From positions 186,001 through 250,000 of the forward strand of contig RBZT01000546.1 of the NCBI GenBank assembly GCA_003693705.1: DNA of 64,000 nt. The letters run 5' to 3'. The notes beneath the pieces were generated by a model. That model made no database searches. It saw nothing but the letters and a program-made list of their open reading frames with translations, and had not been told where the DNA came from. A program made the translations under genes and the position numbers. The DNA is from Polymyxa betae A26-41 (taxonomy: Eukaryota > Protista > Endomyxa: Phytomyxea). This document shows positions 25,243-41,300 of this stretch, piece after piece. Each line of letters opens with the position of its first letter. Position 1 is the first letter of the stretch.

Positions 25243-26222
25243 ATGGAAGGGCGAAGGCGAATCTCACGGGCATCTTCAGCATCGATATTAGTTGCAGATC
25301 GGAGGCGGGGCTTCAATGCAGGCAGCAATCAGATGCCCAAGAGTCGACCGACCAGCGCCAATTCTTACAAATCTGCTTATCTTCGGAATGAAGTGCCATT
25401 TAGCTCGGATCGGGCAAGAAGCTTGTTACCGTATTCTCAGAAATGGACTCTTTCAAGTCAGGAACTATCGCCAAACGTCAGAAGGGCAATCTCGATTGCT
25501 GCCAACCAAGCCTATAAGAACATACAGCAAGTAAGGATGTTTTTTACATTCAATATTTAGCTAATTAATGGCAATAGGTGTTTTATGGAGATTCTTCTGC
25601 AGAGAAGACCGTTATCATTAAAAAGGAGACCCGTGCCGATTTGATGCTCGATCGATTTCTGGAGAAAATCCGGCGACTGAAAACTGGGGAGGCGTCAAGG
25701 GAGACGAGAACTGAACATAGTTGTCAGCCAGGTTCAGATGTAGCTATGAGCAGCGATATTGAGCAAAGTGACGATCTGCAAGATGATACCCTGATTGAGA
25801 GAGTAAAGCGTTCTAAAGCTGATGTGGTGAATGAGAGAAATCGAAGACCGGGTTCGGCTGCTGTCAGCAGGGAAAGCACAACCAAAGAACGCCATAACAA
25901 ACCAATCGACGTTAAAAGACAAATCAGCGTTTGCAGTTATGATACTGCAGACTCCATCGTAGAACGACGGGAACGGATTCGGAATCGTTCTATGCACATC
26001 GAACAGCATGTGATAGAGGCGCGCGAGCGGATTAGGAAAGCAAAAATTCGGAGGCATGCACAGATACATGCGATCACGGCCGCTCTAGAATCGAATCAGA
26101 TCGATCAGGAAAGGATTCGGGAGGATGCTGTTCTCACTGCTAAACAAAGATTATGGCGATGGAGAGCGCAGCATAGAGGCGATGATAGCGATCCTGTATA
26201 CAAATATAAAACCATAACGTGA
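25243..26222 (+). CDS. Hypothetical basic/charged protein, 2 exons
   Basis: ORFs 25216-25560 and 25578-26222 join through a GTAAG...TAG intron at ~25531-25577. R/E/K-rich. Confidence 0.6.
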
Positions 26223-26235
26223 AATATTACAAGAC

Positions 26236-27363
26236 TTATATTAGGAAGAGGGCGATTAGACCAGAGGCAGCAGTGGTTGCCAAAATGCTAAACTTACACA
26301 TCTGCCAGCTTGATGAATCATACAATTTGACGTCCTCTTCAATCACGTCTGCGCTCATTTTAGTTTTGTTTGCAGGACCTAAACCTGGACTATCCGGTTG
26401 TATCTGCATATCCAAAGGAGTCGTTGGTGAATTTAGAGTGTAGACAGCACCAGAGCGCAGTGGATCCGGATTAGAATTAGGGATTTCTAACAGAGGGATT
26501 TCGATGCTCTTATCTCGAAGTAATGAAGAGGGCAGTGGTGACGGCGATGACGTGTGCCATTTTCGAAAGGCTTGGTAAATAGCAATTGCTCCGAGGACCG
26601 CGATATTGATAAAGGCTCGTTTACAGAACCAAAACAGGATGAATCGGATCAGTTGCAGTGTGTTGATTGACACAAACATTATAATGATATCGGCCACCGG
26701 TGACAAAGCTGAATCGAGATATGATGCAATTCTGCCATTAGGATCAATTTCCAGTTCAGTTATGATTGACACCCTGATACGTTGAATCAGAGTCGCAAAA
26801 CAAAGCTGGAATAGCGCTGTTATAAAGAATGACCCGATGATATAGTCTAAATATCTGAAGCCGTATCCGATGAGCACGAAAACAATATCGAAAGGAAAGA
26901 TTGCTAATCGGGAAGGAGGCGATATTACGTATGTGAAAATGACCGGAATCAATGCGGCAACACCATAGCCTGAAACTGAATCCATCAATTCGGCTAGGAA
27001 ACTGTTGCTGATAGCTTCATTCCTTGAGTCTCTGTAACTCTTATATCGCTCGTAATGTTTGCGAAAGAAGTCTAGAAAGTTTGTGTTCTGGGGCACAGTT
27101 TGTACGGTTCCAGCAGCGTCCCAGATCTGTATCGATGCATTTGAGTCAGCATCCGGCGACACAGCTTCTATGTCATCTGTCGTGAGGTTTCGCCAGGTGT
27201 CGGCAAATGCCTTGAAGTGATCCTTGGTTAAATTGATAGAGCGTTTGGCAATTACGACAACGACGGTCTCGAGCAGGGAGGCTTGTGACAGGAGCAACAC
27301 GGAAGCTACTAGTAGAGTGGATATTAAGACATGAGTCCTGAACGTGTCCTGCATATCATACAA
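26236..27363 (-). CDS. Multi-pass membrane protein of unknown function (5' end uncertain)
   Basis: 375-aa ORF with about 6-7 hydrophobic segments and a C-terminal hydrophobic anchor (ILATTAASGLIALFLI). Confidence 0.6.
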   Translation of the reverse strand: MYDMQDTFRTHVLISTLLVASVLLLSQASLLETVVVVIAKRSINLTKDHFKAFADTWRNLTTDDIEAVSPDADSNASIQIWDAAGTVQTVPQNTNFLDFFRKHYERYKSYRDSRNEAISNSFLAELMDSVSGYGVAALIPVIFTYVISPPSRLAIFPFDIVFVLIGYGFRYLDYIIGSFFITALFQLCFATLIQRIRVSIITELEIDPNGRIASYLDSALSPVADIIIMFVSINTLQLIRFILFWFCKRAFINIAVLGAIAIYQAFRKWHTSSPSPLPSSLLRDKSIEIPLLEIPNSNPDPLRSGAVYTLNSPTTPLDMQIQPDSPGLGPANKTKMSADVIEEDVKLYDSSSWQMCKFSILATTAASGLIALFLI

Positions 27364-27627
27364 TACTGTATGGATGTAACACTACAATCAGAACGTGTCC
27401 ATGCATGGGGCTCAGTCAACTTTGCACAGCTCGCTTCAGAAAATTGACTACAGTACAGTGTACGCGCAATTCACTTGATACAGCCATTACCAGGTCTGTA
27501 AGACAGCTAATGCAACATCATACTTGCAAGTTCAAGAAAAGAACATGGTCTTGCATATACTCTCGACTGCTGTCAATGCCTTCTTTACTAACAATTAAAG
27601 CCAAACACTCCTTGCTGCCGTTTTATT

Positions 27628-31093
<3,466 letters not shown>

Positions 31094-31162
31094 GGGTAAT
31101 TTCAGCAAACCGCCAAATTTGTGACCAGAAATAAAGATAAATGTCTTAATACACTCAACTCT

Positions 31163-31423
31163 GCGATAATCATTCTCCGATATCACGATCTCCGATAGAA
31201 AATCTCCGGTAAATCTCGATTTCCGATAGATCCGAAAATGGCGATAAGTCAATAACCGATATTCTCTGATACCTGATATTCGGTAAAAGTTTGATAAACA
31301 AACCGGAGAACTGAATACTGTATTCCAATTAAGGTAGGTACTCCACTGCTTATCGGCCAAAGTGAGAGCTGTTATCGGAGACAACCAAGATTCCCTTCCT
31401 CCAGCCAATTTTCCTCCGATAAG
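31163..31423. promoter_or_regulatory. Dense array of CTCCGATA / CGATA motifs upstream of the LeuRS gene
   Basis: Exact CTCCGATA at 31175, 31190 and 31414 (+) and at 31373-31380 (-), plus several near-copies. A regulatory role is inferred only. Confidence 0.4.
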
Positions 31424-31851
31424 AAACCCTTCGATGAGCACGTTTTGAACAATGGTTGAGATCGCGGTCCTTGTAGAATCTTGTATTGCTGAGTTGACAA
31501 TAAGTGGCATCAATCGTTACAGAACTTATCAACAGCGGATTCGGATTCTTCATCGCTTGGTTGATATCGTTTACGAATAAAGTGGACTTGGGGTCAGGGG
31601 TAGGGTTTGTTGCATTAGGTAACAAACAACATTCAACCATGACCTTGGAAAGTGAAAACCTATCATCTATTTACGACGTGATGAAATGAATCAACAATAT
31701 GATGATAGTTTGAAATTCTCCATATTGGCATTTCTCAATTTCTGGAACGGAACCCTACAAATTTGCTGTTTGATGATAAACTATGAAAAATATACATTTG
31801 TGTACAGATTCCAGGAAATATTAGGCCCAGAAGGGAAGATTAAAAATGAAT

Positions 31852-32193
31852 TTAGGCTGCAACTTCTTCAACAAAGTGCTCCGCAACGTCAGCGCTATCG
31901 ACTTCAAAATCAGCCTATTCGATGCATGTTATCAATGCGGATCGCGACAGAAAGCAATGGAACTTACTGGGTCATAGATAACCTTAAGAATAAGGGAGCA
32001 TGATGGACATCTGGCGACGGTCTCTCCCATTAAAATACTATCCTATGACAGAGAATCAGCTAACGGCAACAAGATTTACTGTCCTGACCAGAGAGAGCAG
32101 GAATTGATCACCACATGGACAAGGGAAGCTATACATAGCAGAATCTTCGTCGAACTCCATGTCATCGATATCAACTTCATCATAGAAGGTCAT
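31852..32193 (-). CDS. DPH3: Diphthamide biosynthesis protein 3 (DPH3/KTI11, CSL zinc finger), 3 exons
   Basis: MTFYDEVDIDDMEFDEDSAMYSFPCPCGDQF / GETVARCPSCSLILKVIYD. Confidence 0.95.
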
Positions 32194-32390
32194 TATTACA
32201 GCCCTCTTAGCTGGAAATGATCCAGAGAAAAATAGCAAGAATCCCGGCGCACTTTTCCGCAAAATTCGGATTAACATTTGAAAGATTAAAAAGGTTTCGA
32301 TGAGGAACTCCTTGAAATTCAATTCACAAAGTAGGTAGCTTAAAGACAAGCAATGAAGGTATGTATTACTACATCTCATTAGTGTCGAAC

Positions 32391-35300
32391 TTATTCGTTC
32401 TCACTATCATTATCTGAGTCAATATCAACATCTGCAGACCTCCTGGCAGCGTCTTGCGCAACGGACGTATCATCAGCATCTAAGACAAGTTACATCTGGA
32501 GTTAGCAGGATAATAATTGGTCTTACCGATTGCGACACAATGAGTGATCGCATATAATATCTTTTTGTGCATTACATCTAGAGTAGAATATCTGGGAAGC
32601 TCAAGAGAAAAGAAGCACGTATGAGAGATGGGAAGGTAATCGTCAGGGGACCGGTCGGCTTGGTGCATTCGACTGATTTTGAATTTCCTATCGAAGTCTT
32701 CCGGCTTTAATGGAAGTCGTGAACGTCCCCAAACAAAACGCAAGAACTGACAACGTTCAACGTCATCCAGTTTCTCACGAAGCATCTTCCAGAACAAAAT
32801 AATGTGAGGATCTTGACCCGAGCAAGATTCATAGACAGTCATTTGCTCAAGCAGTTCAATATTCATCTGTTGGAACTCTTAGATAGACATACAACGCTAC
32901 GTTTGGCAAATACTTTTGGGCGCCCACAAACTTCAACTTCCAACTCGTGCCATGTAAAAAGAGATAGCAACGGGTAGGGAACGACTGTGGCAAGGCCACG
33001 TTTAATAGCTTCGCATTGTATCTTGAATTCGTTAAGCCGATAATGAATCAAAGCTTTTGAGAACTGATGCCGATTCTCCCAAGTTACCTGTTTGCGACAA
33101 TCAGACATGGAATTCAAGAGGGAAGGCACTTCCGTACTTGAATATGGTGTCCTCCAGGAACCAGAGGATAAATCCTTTGATCTGATCCAATGACAACGAA
33201 TTTGGAGTTCACGCAGGCAGTGAAATACTCGGGTGGAAGGTCTCCGCTGTTTTCGAACTTCTTCAATTCGTCTAGGATTTTAAACGACAAGAGGTCGATT
33301 GAAAGAACATCCTCTTCTGTGATTACGTCTGAAACTAGTGGCTTCCAAACAACGGATGGCAAATCAAGATCCAAAACCTAAGCGCCGTAATCAGTTACTT
33401 CAATTATTAGCCTGAAATCTTATAATACATTTTTTGTGCGAATCGCTAATCCCATCAGTTTCCCGACAAATTCGTACATCGCAAGATGAAGTGGACTGAC
33501 AGAAGAGGGACGCGGTACGAATTTCTCCCTGTTGGTACCAATATTTTCGCGGCCGTTGGGACACCTTATGAACAAAGGCAGTAGGTCGGAATGCAGCTCA
33601 TTGCAGAAGTCTTCAATAGAATTACGGTAAGGGCCACCGTAATCATCACTAAATTCTCCTTTGAATACAGTCTTCCAGGCACATTTGCTCTTCTCGAGCC
33701 GGAACATCTTTGGGTCACGATTGTTCAATTGCTGGAACGCCTGCCCAAACAGAGACCTTTGACCTTTAACATCCATTTTTCGAGATTCTCTTAACTTAAC
33801 AGCCCGGAAACGATCAAGTTCTAATTCCCGGTCCGAAGGCGAGCATTTTGTCTCCTCCAAGGCGCGGTTCCAAAGAACTTCTTTGGTCCGGAAGAATATC
33901 AAACCACGAATAGCCCGAATACCGTCAGCCAGAGTCGACATGCCAGCTGGAAGGGAGAAGTCGACTAAGCTCATCATTGAAGAAATCTGAACATTAAGCT
34001 GCTGAATCGTGAAAAGACGGATTTGCAGTTCCCTCAAAGGAATATCTTCAAGCAAACGGTATGGAAGTAGATCCTCTTGCTTGACCTCCAGTTCGTTTGC
34101 TTTCATATGTATTGGATCGAGAGTGGATTTCTCTACCAAACGATTGATCATGTGGACCAAATCCTCATCTCCAGCTCGGGAGAACTTAGACATGATTGCA
34201 TCAAATTCAGAAAGATCGGAGTCATCAGCTGCGTTCATCTTGGCCTTTTCGCTTGGCCAGGAACTGATCGTTTTCCAGATCTTTTTTGAAAACGGCCTTG
34301 GCAGAGGTTCCTTCATCAGAATACATCGAACAATGTTATCGACGAGCAAAACTGAATCGAACCAAGGCTTATTGCGTTGCTTGTTCTTGGTCTGATGCTT
34401 CGTACGCTGGCCAGTTCGAACAAGCATTCGGCCATAAATCTCAAATCCTGATAACGCTAGATACCAGTGATCATTTGAATTCTTTCCGAACATGAAAATT
34501 CGAAACTTGCTATAAGACTCGGCGGGCTGGTTCATGCTAATATCCCATGTATGGCTTTGTCCTTTCTTTTGTAAAGAGCAATCATCACGATGTTCTCTCA
34601 GACAAACCCAATTTGATCCATCCGTACTGCCTTCCAGCCGCCAGTTTCGAAGCGCCTCAGTATCATAAGAATTGTAATGACGAAGAGTGTACTTGGTAGG
34701 AATGATTCTCCTATCGAGGAAATCGATAACAAACCATTGGTCTTGATTAGGCTGAGAAACACAACGTACTGATTCTCTTCCAACAATCGCCGATTTAGGA
34801 GCAGAGTTATGCTGAAGCGAACATGCCTCGACGCGGACTAATCCCATATCGGCAGGATTCTGCCAAGTATCTGTCAGTTCATTGGTACCCAAATAGTACA
34901 GAATTCCATTCGTATCGAGATCAGCGGCATACACAAACTCTTTCTCTTCTTCTTCCCAAGCCAGAGCATCTCCATCAAGTGTTCCGTAGATCTCAAAACC
35001 AGAAAGTGATAGGTACCAATGCTGGTTCGAGTTCTGGTCAGTCATTATAATGCGGAACTGAGAGTACGATTCTTCAATGCCAGTCAAAGACCAGGAGTGG
35101 GATTGCCCTTTTCGGCAAAGAGACGTATCGTTCCGGTGCTCCTTCAGTACAACCCAGGTGACGCCATCGTTTGACCCCTCCAACTTCCAGCTGCGTAAAG
35201 CTTCTGTATCCCAAGAAGAGTAATGTCGGAGCGTATAATAAGTTGGCGTGATGGAATGATCCAGAAAATCAACGATAAACCATTGATTGGGCATCGGTTT

Positions 35301-38300
35301 GGTAACACATCTGACCGCTTCTCGGCCAACCAGTGCAGATGCTGGTTTCGAATCCAGCATTAATGATGACGCAGTGACTTTAACCACGCCGAGCTCGGAA
35401 GGATTCGCCCATGCAGTAGTATTCTGGTTTGTCCCAAGGTAGTATAAGATGCCATTCGTGTCCATATCCTCTGAAAATGCGAATTGAATACCCTGCTGGG
35501 CGGGATCATCTGAAACAGCAGCCTGGAGACTCTCTGCTGGAGCTGCGGGCGATGCCGCAATTTCAACTGGAGCGACGCGGTCTTCATCGAGGGATTCCTC
35601 TTCAATCGCAGCTTGTCGCTGAATCTTCATTAGCTCAATTTTCTCCATGGAAACGTTCAATTCGATCAGTGCCTGGAAAAAAGAAGAATAGATTCCTTTG
35701 CTGCTCTGGGCAACATGCATATGGTTCATCAAATCTTTTAGAACGCAAGATCTGCTGGAATCAAACTGGATACCAAGCCGGATGAGATAAGAAAGAAGCC
35801 GGACAAATGATAGGCGTTGATCGCCAGAAGAGACAGCAATGACTTCGAATATCAGGTTAACAACAGGACCAGAGAAAACGATGCGACCCAAATGGCCTAA
35901 TGCTCTCATGGTCGAACTGTCTTTTAATTGGGAATTGTCTTCTGTTAATGATAACAGAACATCTTTCGACTTATCTCCTGGAGATATATTGATCGGCGAC
36001 TCATGGACGAAGTCGGTAAATATATTTAGAATCCAGATTATGAGTCCAGGATTCGGTTGACAAAGAGCATCGGCTTCGCTCAATATCTTGGAATGCGGAT
36101 CTGAAATAATACCTACCATATGGTTGAGCGCTTCTGCTAGCAGCTGCCGAGCAACTGGTGCAAATTGTCTTAGAATCGATATTGAGAGCAGCTCTTGGTT
36201 CAAAGGACCGTTTGCAGAGAGAATTCTGACAGACTGAGAAGCAGAGATAACTTCTGAGATTGTTGAATCTTCACGTTCCAGTATTTTATGAATGGATGCT
36301 CTTAAAACATCCAATCCATCGGTAGGTTGCGAAAATTCAATCAGGCGAATGAATTTCACCAAGAAATCGTCATCGCCAAAAACTCGAAGAGATAATGGAT
36401 TAGCCGGGGGCCAATTTTGCAGCATTTGCAAGATACATCTTCTTGAATATGTGATTGATAACGCTTCTTCCGTCGCTGCCATCGCAGAATACAGCTCGTT
36501 CTTGTTCAAAGTTTGTAGTTCGGGGTAGTCAACGGTTCTTTTGGGGATGCTGCGCTGCACCAGTTCGTCCAGAGAGGCTTCCATAGATTCTTTTGTCGAC
36601 TTCAGAATCTTGAATGCAGCATTAGTGCTTTCACTTTTTTCAATATTTAGATTTCGCTGATGATCGTCTTCAGAGTTGCCAGATGTGTAAGACGAATTGC
36701 CATCATCATCACAGTGATCTGCATCTGTAAAGTTGTCGACATTATCAAGAAGGTAAAGAATTGCAGCCGATGTGTTGTTCGAGGTTTTCGATAAGGCAAC
36801 GGCGCATAGCTTCCTTGGAAAACCCATAAGGCTCAAAGTTAGGGCAGCTTTGTTATGTTCTTCTAAACGATCTTCGGTTTGCAGCGCGGCAGCATTTTTT
36901 AAAACATAATCGCTTGCCAGCCTTCGGTCCATAGAATTTGATACCAAGGCTTTGGTGCACCACCGCATTGGGTAGCCCATTTTCAAAAGAGAACGAGCAA
37001 CAATATTGATGTCGCGACCATCTTCGAGCGGATCTTCTGCCGATCGCAATCGGATAGCATTAGACTGAGAAAGTGGCTTGCTGCGAAGCTGAACACGTCG
37101 TAGATACACTGGAACGGAATTGCCTTTGCACAAATCGAATGATAGAGGAAGAGAAAATGGTCCGGATCGAGCTAGGAGGTGATCGTCCCCGGCCAAGGAT
37201 GTTGCCAGCATACCATTGATGAACACAAAAATTTGACCCTTTTGTAAATCAACAGAGAACACGACACGGTACCAAACATTAGGGAAAATTTTACGGGTCG
37301 ATTTTTTTCCAGAAACGCGCCCCAGAATATCGAACCTGCCGTCAGGCTTGACAGCAATGCCGGCGGACGAGCACTTGATAAGATTGCAATCAGAATTAGC
37401 AGGTAGAGTTGGAATGTTAACATCCATAATAACGGAATAGCTGTCCATGTAGGGTTTTCGACCTAATGTTCTTTCGATATTGATCCAGGCATTAGGAAGC
37501 ACCGAGATAAAGAATTCAGAATCGGAATGACTTTTAGACAAACCGATGATATCACTGATTTTGACGTGATTGCTGCTGTCAGAAGAAAACTGGTAGTATT
37601 CCACATCTCCCATCGGTTTGAGAGCAGCTGTTGTCTGTTTAGAATCAATATTGTATGTCTGCACATGCATGACATGCAAAGTTGTTTCTTCATAATCCGC
37701 ATGGCAAAATTCAAGCGAGGATTGGCAAAGGTCATGAACTTGCTTGGCGTCTAAAGCGATGCCCCAGATTCCAGCCTCTCTAAATTGGCCGTTAATTCCA
37801 GAGCAGAACAATGTTGTTCCACTTAATGGCAACAAACGACTAACATCAAATCTCATTCCTAGGAAAAGATTAACAGAGAATCAGTACACAAGAAACATGG
37901 ATACAGTACCCTTTGTAGGAATAACTAACGAGCATACCAACGCACCGTCGATGAAAGCAGAAACACAGACTGTGCGTTTCTCAGATACACTTAATCCTCT
38001 TCGGTCAATTACAAGAACAGCATGATGCCATTCATCGCCTATGTCTTCAAGAATGATCTCCTCAGATATATCAGATGATCCGCCATCGGAAATGACTAAT
38101 TGTAATTGACGGAAACTTGAGTCGCAAAGAAGTTGGGCAGAGCTGTTTGTCTCCGGCATAGTTATGGAAAGAAGCGAAGAAATTGACTTGGTCGGGAATA
38201 ATACATTTTGTGATGGCTTGAAACGAACACATACTGTGACACCAGGAGCGGGCATCTGAGGGTCGCACTTGAAGCTTGAAGACAGACCACCAGAAATGCT

Positions 38301-41300
38301 AGGAAATAGTCCCCCATGTTTCAAATCTTCATCGACAGTAATTGGACCTCTATAAACGGCTTGAACATCATTAACGAAATTGCGAGCTTCTTGACGCTTG
38401 CGAGCATCTTCTTCCAAAAGCGCATCCTGGGGAGACTTGCGTTTCTCGTTGAGTCTGGTCTGTTCCATGTCCAGTGGAAGTTCGTCTAAATACCCGTAAG
38501 CAGCGAGGAATTCAATGTCGATATTCGTCTCTTTGGTTCTAGGCTCAATAAGCTTGAAGAGCACATACTTTCCTGCTCGTATCAGGTCGCATTGCACAAA
38601 CGCGTTGGTGGATGCTGAAAGATCTACAAAGGCGACTGGCTCGACCGCTGAAGGCTCAGAATCTTCAGCTTGTTTCCTTGAGATGAAAGATGAATACTGG
38701 GAAGCGGTGAAATTGTTAAATGGCTCTGTGGACGCGACCTCAGATAGATCATCAAGAACGAATACCAAAGCTGAAAGCAGAGGTGCAGTAAACGTCTCCG
38801 GGTCTGGGTTTCTTGCCGAAACAGCAGTCAGATAGACAATACGGCCTATAGGTTCTGGCTCAGCAATGATGTTCACATTGCGTTTTGCAGTAGTGCAGTA
38901 AACGTCCTCATTATCCAAGAATACATTAGCCGCTTTGTAATCGTCACTGTGTTGTCCACCGTCAGTCGACAGCAATGACAGTTCGAGGCGAGGAGCGCGA
39001 GAAGCTGGAATTATTGGGCATTTTACAGCTGCAAATCCGATAAAGAACTTCGAAGGAGGCCCTAACAAAAAGGCTGACTGAGGATAAGGAGGATATGTGA
39101 CATCTGTTGCCCCAATAGCAACAATAGGAGTTGGAGGAACTTTTTTGGGGGATTCACAGGAGACGGCATAGTTCGCCTTGTCCCCACAGACTACATACTG
39201 GAAAGACAAATTCGGAACGGGAAATTCCACTTTCTTGGGCACTCGACTTTCAGAGCCAAGTAATGATCCCCAGAGCCAAAGTTCTCCTTTTTCAGTGACT
39301 GCACAGGTATGCGACTGACCACCATCGATCCAGACGATGCGTTCTTTGCCAATTTCGTCCACAAGCAACTTGGGGGTAGATTCATGATTTGTAGTGCCAT
39401 TTCCAAGAACACCACTCGGATTTCCTCCCCAAAGGTAGGCTTCGCCATCTTTTGTAAGAGCCATTGAGTGATCCCAGCCGGCTGATATTCTGACCACGAC
39501 CTTGTTCTTGAAAGCTTGAACAAGCCTAGGTGCAAGAATATTTTGGTTCGTTCCATGGCCGGTAGCAGGCCGAGAGCCTTCATAGCCGTTTCCCCACGAA
39601 TACAGCTGCCCACTGCTGGTCAGGGCCATCGAGTGATCCCAGCCACCTCGAACTTCGACAAAAGATGGACAATTTTGCACTTTTTCGGGCATGAGCTTCT
39701 TTTTTGCAGTAGAGTTCAAGCCAAGCTGTCCCCTCAAATTGCGACCCCACGAATACAGCTCTCCTGAAGCCGTTAAAGCAAGGCAGTGGAATGCACCGAC
39801 GCCGATACGAGTGACCTCAACAAACTCCAAAATGCCTTTGACTTGAATAGGCACCTTCTGGTCTGACACAGACCCATTACCCATCTGACCTTCGTTTCCC
39901 TTTCCAAATACCCACACGTGATGGTCGGAGTCTAAAGCAGCTGAGAACGAATTACCGGCACAAACTTGGACACAAGTGACGTGTTCAAGGGCCTGGACTA
40001 ATTTTGGCCTGGTTACAGAAACTGTATCCCCATGACCTAACCGTCCTTCTTGGTTGTTACCCCAGCTATAGATTTGACCATTTTCGGTTAAAGCCAGAAC
40101 ATGCTGATTGAAACATGAAACAGACGCCACAAGACGACCGTCGAAACCGTCAATCAGTTTGGGGATCTGAACAGCACTGTTGTTTCCATGTCCCAGGCGA
40201 CCAGCACCACCGTGTCCAAAAGAATATACTTGGCCGGGCTCGATTTCAGTTTGAGATGACGAAGCGGCAACTGTTGTTGTCAGAAGATCAACGGCCCCAG
40301 AAACTGAGGTCATTGCAGAGCTGGCAAATGACATTCCCAAACTCTTGGATGAATGATCACGACGTAAGATGCTGTTATCTATCGGCAAATGGCCATCAGC
40401 ATTGAGGTCAACAGAAGATGCGACGCCATCGCAAAACTCTGCAGACTCGACACTGGAGCGCGAGACCGAACGGATCTCAGCTATCCCTTCAAGAAGCTCA
40501 CCGTATATCTCAAAACCGCTCAAGGAAAGATAGTTGTGGTTGTTGGAATTCTTTCCAGTCATCAGAATTCTGAAATGTCTGAAAAACTGAGTGATTCCAG
40601 GAAGATCCCATGAATGCGCTTGGCCCTTCTTGTTCAAAGAAGTATCATCAACATGTTCGCGTAAAATGACCCAATCTGATCCATCGGTAGAGCCTTGAAA
40701 TCGCCAGGATCGAAGAGCTTCAGTGTCCCAAGAAGAGTAATGGCGTATTGTATACTTGTTCGGACGGATGAGATACTTCTTGAAATCGATCGCAAACCAA
40801 GCGTTGTTCATGTCATTGCATAGGCAGCGAACTGCTTCTCGACCAACTACGGCAGATACATGATGCGAATCAGCTTTTACTTTGGCAACAGTAACTTCGA
40901 CTAGGCCCAATGTCATTGGATTCTGAAAAGTGCTTGTTCCATTCCGGCAGCCTAAGAAATAAACAATTCCATTTTCGTCCATATCCTCGTGATACGTGAA
41001 TCGACGAATTTTCACTCTTTTTACTGGCCGCTCCACTAATCCGATTGACTGCAGATGCGTTGTAGTTGTTCCGAAAAACGCTATGGCACCATAATGCGGT
41101 TGACAGACGATGCTGCGGATGTCGACCATATCCTCATCTTTGATTAGGCGACCAAAAGCGTGAACAGAATCGTGATTGGTGGTAAGAATCAAAGTTGCAA
41201 TAACCACAGCATCCGGGGCGCCTGCAATCGAAGAGGTTCCAGCATATATTTCAGACAAAGGAGCTGTAACGGCTTCGACACGCACAATAAATTCGTCGGA

